Of a stretch of 64,000 nucleotides of DNA, positions 58,209-64,000 are shown piece by piece. Below the pieces are notes generated by a model, which was not told where the DNA came from, ran no database searches, and worked only from the letters and a program-made list of their open reading frames with translations. A program made the position numbers and the translations under genes. Each line of letters opens with the position of its first letter. Within the stretch, counting starts at the first letter, position 1. The DNA is taken from assembly GCA_048939015.1 (NCBI GenBank), contig JBHLPW010000001.1, positions 1 to 64,000 of the forward strand, read 5' to 3'. Source of the DNA: Promethearchaeota archaeon. Lineage in GTDB: Archaea; Asgardarchaeota; Lokiarchaeia; Sigyniarchaeales; SOKP01.

Positions 58209-59471
58209 ATGGAATTAACAAAAACAATTCAAGAATTTTTACTAAAAGATGCTCTAGAACGATTTTTAAGATATGTTAAGGTTTGGACTACTTCAGATGA
58301 GAGTGTAGAAACTGTACCCACCACAACAAACCAACTAGAGCTTGGAAAGTTGCTAGTCAATGAATTAAAAAAGTTAGACTTAGAAAATATAATTCTTGAT
58401 GAGTTTGGGAATGTATATGCCTTTTTACCTCCAAGTAAAGGGTTTGAAGGTATAGAACCTATTGGTTTTTTAGCTCATGTTGATACTGCACCTACAGTAA
58501 GTGGAAAAGATGTAAAGCCTGTAATTCACAGGAATTATAATGGAAATGAGATAAAATTCTCTCAAAATAAGGATCTAGTTTTAAATATTGAAGATTCTCC
58601 TATCTTAGAAGAATATAAAGGTTTAGATATAATCACTTCTGAAGGTGATACACTACTTGGAGCAGATGATAAAGCAGGTATCGCTGAAATAATGGCCGCA
58701 TGTGCAGCTTGGAAAAAATTTAACGAATTAAAACATGGCCCTCTCTTCATTTGTTTTACCACAGATGAAGAAACAGGTTTAGGAATTGATATGGTTGATT
58801 TGAAGAGGCTTCCTAAAATTTGTTATACTGTAGATGGTGGTGAAATGGGTGAATTAGAATATGAATGCTTCGATGCTTGGTTAGCTCAAACAAAATTTAT
58901 TGGTTTAAATGTTCATCCTGGAGAAGCTAAAAATAAAATGATTAATGCAATTCAGATTGCTTCTAGATTTTTTAGTGAACTTCCTGAATCAGAATCACCC
59001 ACCCATACAGAAGAGAGGGAAGGTTTTTTTCATCTAACAAAATTACAGGGTACGGCAGAAGAAGCCACATCAAGAATGTTAATAAGAGATTTTTTAGAAG
59101 AAAATAACCATAGAAGAATGGAGTATCTAAAAAATTTAAAGAAAGCCTATGAAATTCGTTATCCAGGATTGAAAATTGAGTTAAATCTTAAACACCAATA
59201 TCAAAACATGATTGTTTATCTAGAAAAAAATACTAAAGTGGTTGATTTAGCTAAACAAGCTATTGAAAAGGTAGGATTAGAATTGAAAGTTCATCCTATT
59301 AGAGGCGGTACAGATGGAGCCCGGTTAAGTGCTAAAGGAATTCCAACCCCAAATATATTTTCTGGAGGTTTATTATTTCATTCTAGAAAAGAATTCATCC
59401 CAACATTAGCCTTGCAAAAAGCCTCTGAAGTTTTGATATATCTTTCCTACTTATGGACACAATATGAATAG
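58209..59471 (+). CDS. pepT: Peptidase T (M20B tripeptidase)
   Basis: AHVDT, LLGADDKAG, TTDEE, TVDGG, IRGGTDG, PNIFSGG..FH. Confidence 0.95.
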   Translation: MELTKTIQEFLLKDALERFLRYVKVWTTSDESVETVPTTTNQLELGKLLVNELKKLDLENIILDEFGNVYAFLPPSKGFEGIEPIGFLAHVDTAPTVSGKDVKPVIHRNYNGNEIKFSQNKDLVLNIEDSPILEEYKGLDIITSEGDTLLGADDKAGIAEIMAACAAWKKFNELKHGPLFICFTTDEETGLGIDMVDLKRLPKICYTVDGGEMGELEYECFDAWLAQTKFIGLNVHPGEAKNKMINAIQIASRFFSELPESESPTHTEEREGFFHLTKLQGTAEEATSRMLIRDFLEENNHRRMEYLKNLKKAYEIRYPGLKIELNLKHQYQNMIVYLEKNTKVVDLAKQAIEKVGLELKVHPIRGGTDGARLSAKGIPTPNIFSGGLLFHSRKEFIPTLALQKASEVLIYLSYLWTQYE

Positions 59472-59485
59472 AATTGGTAAATCCA

Positions 59486-60286
59486 TTATAATCTATCTAT
59501 TTCTAACATAGCAGATAATGCAATATCTCCTTCCAATTCGACACATTTTCTATATCGGTTTTCATTCCAAGAAATATGCCACCCTTCAAGAGGATTATAA
59601 TAACTATAAAAAAAAGCACCGAAATTTATCTTATTTTTATTACATATGGTTGCAAGAACATTGAGTTCTCCATTTTCCATAGAAATACAGCCCCTTTTCT
59701 GTAATTCAAAAATTTCTGACTTATTAATACGATAGAATGCTTCTTTACAAAAATTCTTCCCAATATGGTATTTTTCAGTTCTTTTTTTAGTTTCTTCGAT
59801 AAAAATTTCTACAATCTCCTTTTTTAAATCAATATCTTCATTTGATTCTCTACCATAATGAGTACTTGTTCCATCCATCCCTAAGCCATGGGTAGGAATG
59901 AGATAATCAAGTAAGGTCACTTTATTACCTATTCCCCAAGAACCACAAACTAATAAAATAGTTTTTGCTCCACAATAGATTAAATCTTCAGCAATTGAAG
60001 CTATAGGGGATGCTCCCATGGGAGGTATCAAAACTGTAAGTTGGATATCTTGATATTTGCTTCGATAAATGTATTCTGGTGCACTATAGGGATGAAATGG
60101 TAATAACCATTCAATTTGGCTCAATTTAATTTTTTCCATTAAGTAATTCACAAGAAATCGAGAAAAAACAATCATAACACAGGGATCAACATTAAAATCT
60201 TCCGGACTTTTACCAGAAGATCTTATAGCTGCTTGAATTACATCCTTTGATGTACAACATAAATTATTTTTCATTAAAAAAATCAC
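59486..60286 (-). CDS. Nucleoside phosphorylase family (PNP_UDP_1-like) protein
   Basis: MGASPIASIAEDL..CGAK, DGTSTHY, EAFYR, SMEN; divergent member. Confidence 0.7.
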   Translation of the reverse strand: MIFLMKNNLCCTSKDVIQAAIRSSGKSPEDFNVDPCVMIVFSRFLVNYLMEKIKLSQIEWLLPFHPYSAPEYIYRSKYQDIQLTVLIPPMGASPIASIAEDLIYCGAKTILLVCGSWGIGNKVTLLDYLIPTHGLGMDGTSTHYGRESNEDIDLKKEIVEIFIEETKKRTEKYHIGKNFCKEAFYRINKSEIFELQKRGCISMENGELNVLATICNKNKINFGAFFYSYYNPLEGWHISWNENRYRKCVELEGDIALSAMLEIDRL

Positions 60287-60470
60287 TTAAAGTAAATAAA
60301 TGATCATATGTTCTTTTACCTCTTCTATATTTATAGATTATTCTTATCTTAGATAGTGTTGAGGGAATTTGTATTAAAAAATCTAGAAGAAGCATTGTAT
60401 TGATTATTATTTTTATTAAAAAATTAAAAAAAAAAATTATTAGAAATTTTGAATTTTTACCATTTCATTT

Positions 60471-62189
60471 CTATATATTCAAATAGTAGCAGTCTCTGAC
60501 CCAATAATTGCCTTGGATGTTATAGCAGACTTCCTTTAGATCTGCATCATGTACATACATTACCATGTCATTTCCAACAGCTAACTCAACATAGAGTTCA
60601 TTAAGTGCTCTATTTTGAATTTTATATAGTAAATTAGCTCTTGTAGCTGTATCCAATGGATCAGTTTCTTGATATTGAGTTAACCAATCCAAAATTTGTT
60701 GATCGTTGAGTTGTATGTGATTTGCGCTAGATGCATTATTCAATAAAGGTTCAATCATATTGAATGGATCTAAGTAATCTGGACCCCATCCAGTATGGAA
60801 TAATTCAAGTCTATCTTCGTTGTGGGTTGATACCCAAATGTAGGTCTCCCAGTCCATGATATCTGATACAAGGGAGATACCAATTTTGTCCAAGTCTTGT
60901 CTGAAAGCTTCATTCATCTCTATACCTGTGGTCCATCCTTCATGTTCTAAGACCATATATGTGGCAAAAGTTTTGGCAGACCAGGCTGCATCATTAGTAG
61001 GATTAACTCCAACTGCTTCAGCTGTGAGTCCAGTTGCATCCCAACCCATGTCAGCACAAGCAGCTAACATTGCTTGTCTAGCAATACCTGTATCATGGTG
61101 TGGTGCTTTAAATGATGCATTATAATATGGAAATCCTGGTGGTAGGAATTGTTCAGCTCGAATCATAAAGCCAAGACGGATTATATCGATATAATAGGAA
61201 TAATTATAAGCGTAAGCAATAGCTTTTCTTACATTTGTATTGTTGATCTTATGGTTATTAATACCCCAATATCTGTAAATAGTACTAGTATTTAAATTTA
61301 CAAATTTTATATCTGGATCTGCTTGAAATGTAGCAATAAGAGATGTTAATGGGCCTCCAAGATAATCAACCTCTCCACCTAACATAGCATTGTTAGCGGT
61401 TAAATCATCAGGGTAATACACCCAGATTATCTCATCCCAATAGGTAGAAGGCCCCCAATACATATCAAAGCGTTTAAACTTTAATTCTTCACCTGGTATG
61501 TAGTGTACATATTCAAAAGGACCAGTTCCTACTAAAATATCATCTCCAAGGGTTAAATATTCTGTTGCAGAAGTAGATTCGGGAGATAGAATTGCGCAAG
61601 CATCATAAGATAATAAAGGAATAAACACACCATTTGGTTTATTCAAAACAAAAGTAACATTATAATCATCATTAACAATGGTTTCATTAAGAATTGGATC
61701 ACCTTTCATATCGAAAAATAAGCTGGAAGGATCACATACATGAGAAGTATCAGGTAAAGTCCCAGACCAATTTGTAAAGTACATAATCCTGTCAAAGGTA
61801 AATTTTACAGCATCTGCGTTAAATAGAGTTCCATCATGGAAATACACATTTTCTCTTAAAATGACGGTTAATTCAGTTTGAGTTGCATCCCAGGTAGGAT
61901 ATTCTGCGGCTAATCGCATTTCAAGAGCAAAATCTGGATCATATAAGTCATAGTACCATAAATTATCACAAATATGTCTTATCATATCGTTTGATACACT
62001 ATCCCATGAATCGGCTGGATCCAATACTGCAGGTCCTGAAGTTTCTGCATCTGCGTCTCTAAGTACATTCTTTTTTTCTGGTTGTCTTACTGTACCTGCA
62101 CTTATTCCTAGGATAATATTTCCAACACCAGAAGCAGCAAGAACAATAGCTAAAATTATTATGGCTAAATTTTTTTTCTCCATTTCCAT
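60471..62189 (-). CDS. Oligopeptide/dipeptide ABC transporter substrate-binding protein (family 5), stand-alone
   Basis: LDPA, LRENVYFHDGT.FNADAVKFTF, VGTGPF, VRKAIAYA, GWGPDYLDP; N-terminal anchor. Confidence 0.92.
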   Translation of the reverse strand: MEMEKKNLAIIILAIVLAASGVGNIILGISAGTVRQPEKKNVLRDADAETSGPAVLDPADSWDSVSNDMIRHICDNLWYYDLYDPDFALEMRLAAEYPTWDATQTELTVILRENVYFHDGTLFNADAVKFTFDRIMYFTNWSGTLPDTSHVCDPSSLFFDMKGDPILNETIVNDDYNVTFVLNKPNGVFIPLLSYDACAILSPESTSATEYLTLGDDILVGTGPFEYVHYIPGEELKFKRFDMYWGPSTYWDEIIWVYYPDDLTANNAMLGGEVDYLGGPLTSLIATFQADPDIKFVNLNTSTIYRYWGINNHKINNTNVRKAIAYAYNYSYYIDIIRLGFMIRAEQFLPPGFPYYNASFKAPHHDTGIARQAMLAACADMGWDATGLTAEAVGVNPTNDAAWSAKTFATYMVLEHEGWTTGIEMNEAFRQDLDKIGISLVSDIMDWETYIWVSTHNEDRLELFHTGWGPDYLDPFNMIEPLLNNASSANHIQLNDQQILDWLTQYQETDPLDTATRANLLYKIQNRALNELYVELAVGNDMVMYVHDADLKEVCYNIQGNYWVRDCYYLNI

Positions 62190-62427
62190 AACAATTACAC
62201 TTTTTTTTGTTTGTTTAGTTGTTTTTATATATATAGTAAAAAAAATTGCTCTTTTTTACTTAGTTTTTTAAATCTAAATTTTAGATTAATTAAAACACGC
62301 TTTTCTCCTATATAAGGTTTTTATTTATTGTTTTTAGCAAATGTAATTTTCCAAAGTTTCGAGATACTATGTAAAAATTGATTTTTCCAATATTTCAAGA
62401 TATTAGAGAATATATAAAAATCTTCAC

Positions 62428-62595
62428 ATTATTCATATATGTCAAGAAATTATGAATAATTAGAAATACCTAAAAATTGAAGAATTCTCCTAGAAGCAAT
62501 ACTTCTAGGAGAAGAGTAATCATTCTTCAATATAAAAATGGAAAAGAAAAGGGAGAGTTGATAAAATAATAAACATAAACCTAATTTTATCAACT
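62428..62595. other. Three consecutive inverted repeats; possible structured RNA or non-autonomous element
   Basis: attattcata/tatgaataat (62428-62460); ttgaagaat+tctcctagaag-caata-cttctaggaga+attcttcaa (62477-62530); agttgataaaat/attttatcaact (62556-62595). Confidence 0.5.
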
Positions 62596-62945
62596 TATTA
62601 GCGTCAGGATATGTATATTTCGATTTCATTAGTTCACATTAATATTAATTTTGTTTATTTTTTATCTAATATAACTAATTTAGTTTCAAAGACTAATTCT
62701 ATATTTCAAGTTTTACTTAAATTAAAACAACCCAATCTGCTATTTAAATCCCGATTATAACATTTCTCAGAAATTTTTATTTTTTAAAATATCATGATAT
62801 CAAAAAGTACATAGTTTTTCAGATTATTCACAATATTAAAGAATTTTAAACTTTTTTAGGATATATTCAATCTGAACTGATATATTATATCACGTCAAAA
62901 TATTTGGACTATAGGTTTTTAGACTTTATTATGGTTTGAGAGTAA

Positions 62946-63998
62946 TTATTTTTTTTCTATAATTCTCGAAAAATCTGTTCTGATAAAGACAAAAATACAT
63001 AAAGATAGTAATAGTGAAATATAGAAAAATGCCCAAAAAAAAGAGAATAGATCATAAATTAATCCAAAAAGTAGGGATTCACTTAATGAGATAAGTCCCA
63101 CAGAAAGGTAATAATAACCATATGCTCTACCTCTCTTGTTTTTACCCGCTAAATCAGCGATATATGCCCTTGAGATAGGATCCACTGATGCTAAATAAAA
63201 ACCATATAATCCATAAATGATAGTAATTATAATAAGTGAAAATAATGAAGATTCTATTGGAATCGCTAAAATTATTGAAGAAAGTAAAAGAGTAGATAAT
63301 CCGCTAACAATTATAGGTTTACGACCGATTTTATCTGATAAAGAGCCCATTACAGGTGATAAAACCATATAAACTATGTTTGTTAACAAATAAAAGATAG
63401 GTATGAGAAATATTAATTCGGAAAAAATATAGTCTCTTGACCTAGCTTGAAGAAATACAATATCTAAACTCGCAAATTCAATTACTCCTAGAATTACAAT
63501 GAGTTTAATAAAATTCTTATCTAATTTATCCATTTTAGGTTCACTATGATGTTGTAATTTTGTTTCATCTATTTTAGTCGGATCAACGTCCTTAATAAAA
63601 AAAATTAATACAATCGCACAGATACCAGGAAAGATAGAAAAGAATATAATTTCAGAATAACTCCATGTCCAAAATAAAAATAAAAATGCAAGAAGAGATC
63701 CAACAACAGCCCCTAATGTATCCATTGCACGATGTACTCCAAAAGCTTTTCCTTTCTCTACTGCATAATAAGATATAAGGGTATCTCTTGAAGATGTTCT
63801 AAGTCCTTTCCCAAATCTATCAGTTGCTTTCAATCCCAAAACCAATTCCCAAGAAGGGCTAAAGCCTATAAAAGGTTTAGAAAGATTTGATATAGAATAT
63901 CCTGCTACAACAAAGGGCTTTCTTCTATTAATTTTATCACTCATCCAACCAGATACACCTTTTAAAATATTAGCTAAAGCCGTTGTGATTCCTGCGAT
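62946..63998 (-). CDS. MFS transporter, 5' partial
   Basis: GWMSDKINRRKP and GSLSDKIGRKP motif A, DRFGKGLR, GKAFGVHRAMD; frame open to the window end. Confidence 0.92.
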   Translation of the reverse strand: MAGITTALANILKGVSGWMSDKINRRKPFVVAGYSISNLSKPFIGFSPSWELVLGLKATDRFGKGLRTSSRDTLISYYAVEKGKAFGVHRAMDTLGAVVGSLLAFLFLFWTWSYSEIIFFSIFPGICAIVLIFFIKDVDPTKIDETKLQHHSEPKMDKLDKNFIKLIVILGVIEFASLDIVFLQARSRDYIFSELIFLIPIFYLLTNIVYMVLSPVMGSLSDKIGRKPIIVSGLSTLLLSSIILAIPIESSLFSLIIITIIYGLYGFYLASVDPISRAYIADLAGKNKRGRAYGYYYLSVGLISLSESLLFGLIYDLFSFFWAFFYISLLLSLCIFVFIRTDFSRIIEKK

Positions 63999-64000
63999 TA

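Noticed and set aside
8072-61125. Short antisense or out-of-frame ORFs in the track (e.g. 8072..8290, 11756..12115, 13496..13831, 25065..25292, 29011..29238, 46554..46823, 54850..55257, 60856..61125)
   Set aside because: They overlap well-supported genes, lack SD sites and motifs, and show the reverse-complement codon bias of the real gene.
62477-62530. SECIS element (AUGA occurs on the minus strand of the hairpin)
   Set aside because: No matching tandem GA quartet geometry and no neighbouring gene with a plausible in-frame UGA; the TGA stops I checked fall at natural protein ends.
1-64000. rRNA, tRNA, IS elements, defence systems
   Set aside because: No GC-rich cloverleaf or rRNA-like segment, transposase, or nuclease/methylase motif was recognised by eye. 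The sirtuin is a stand-alone housekeeping type, not a Thoeris/DSR fusion. tRNAscan-SE and cmscan would confirm.

Overview
This is an AT-rich (about 30% GC by eye), gene-dense archaeal chromosomal segment, most consistent with an Asgard archaeon (Lokiarchaeia-like). The assignment rests on GGTGA/GGAGG Shine-Dalgarno sites, TTTATA promoters, a proteasome alpha subunit, archaeal RFC and PolB2, and eukaryotic-signature proteins (a Rab-like GTPase and a longin-like domain). Metabolic genes: a PLP aminotransferase, GH4 and GH20 glycosidases, a Liv-type ABC transporter, three long-chain acyl-CoA ligases, two crotonase-family enzymes, a sirtuin, PepT, an oligopeptide-binding protein and an MFS transporter. 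Points of most interest: (1) a ~2,980-aa protein that is almost entirely transmembrane helices; (2) a split PolB2 / small helical protein / inactive RadA-like module in which both large subunits end in PIP-box-like motifs; (3) a Rab - proteasome alpha - wHTH - 2,000-aa repeat protein cluster next to a CdrS/aCcr1-like RHH regulator; (4) an operon for a three-subunit clamp loader with one degenerate small subunit; (5) repeated apparent use of ATT/ATA start codons; (6) five small proteins missing from the ORF track; (7) two structured intergenic regions, one looking like a translational switch. No rRNA, tRNA, CRISPR array or transposase was recognised. All family assignments come from reading motifs by eye; no database search was run.
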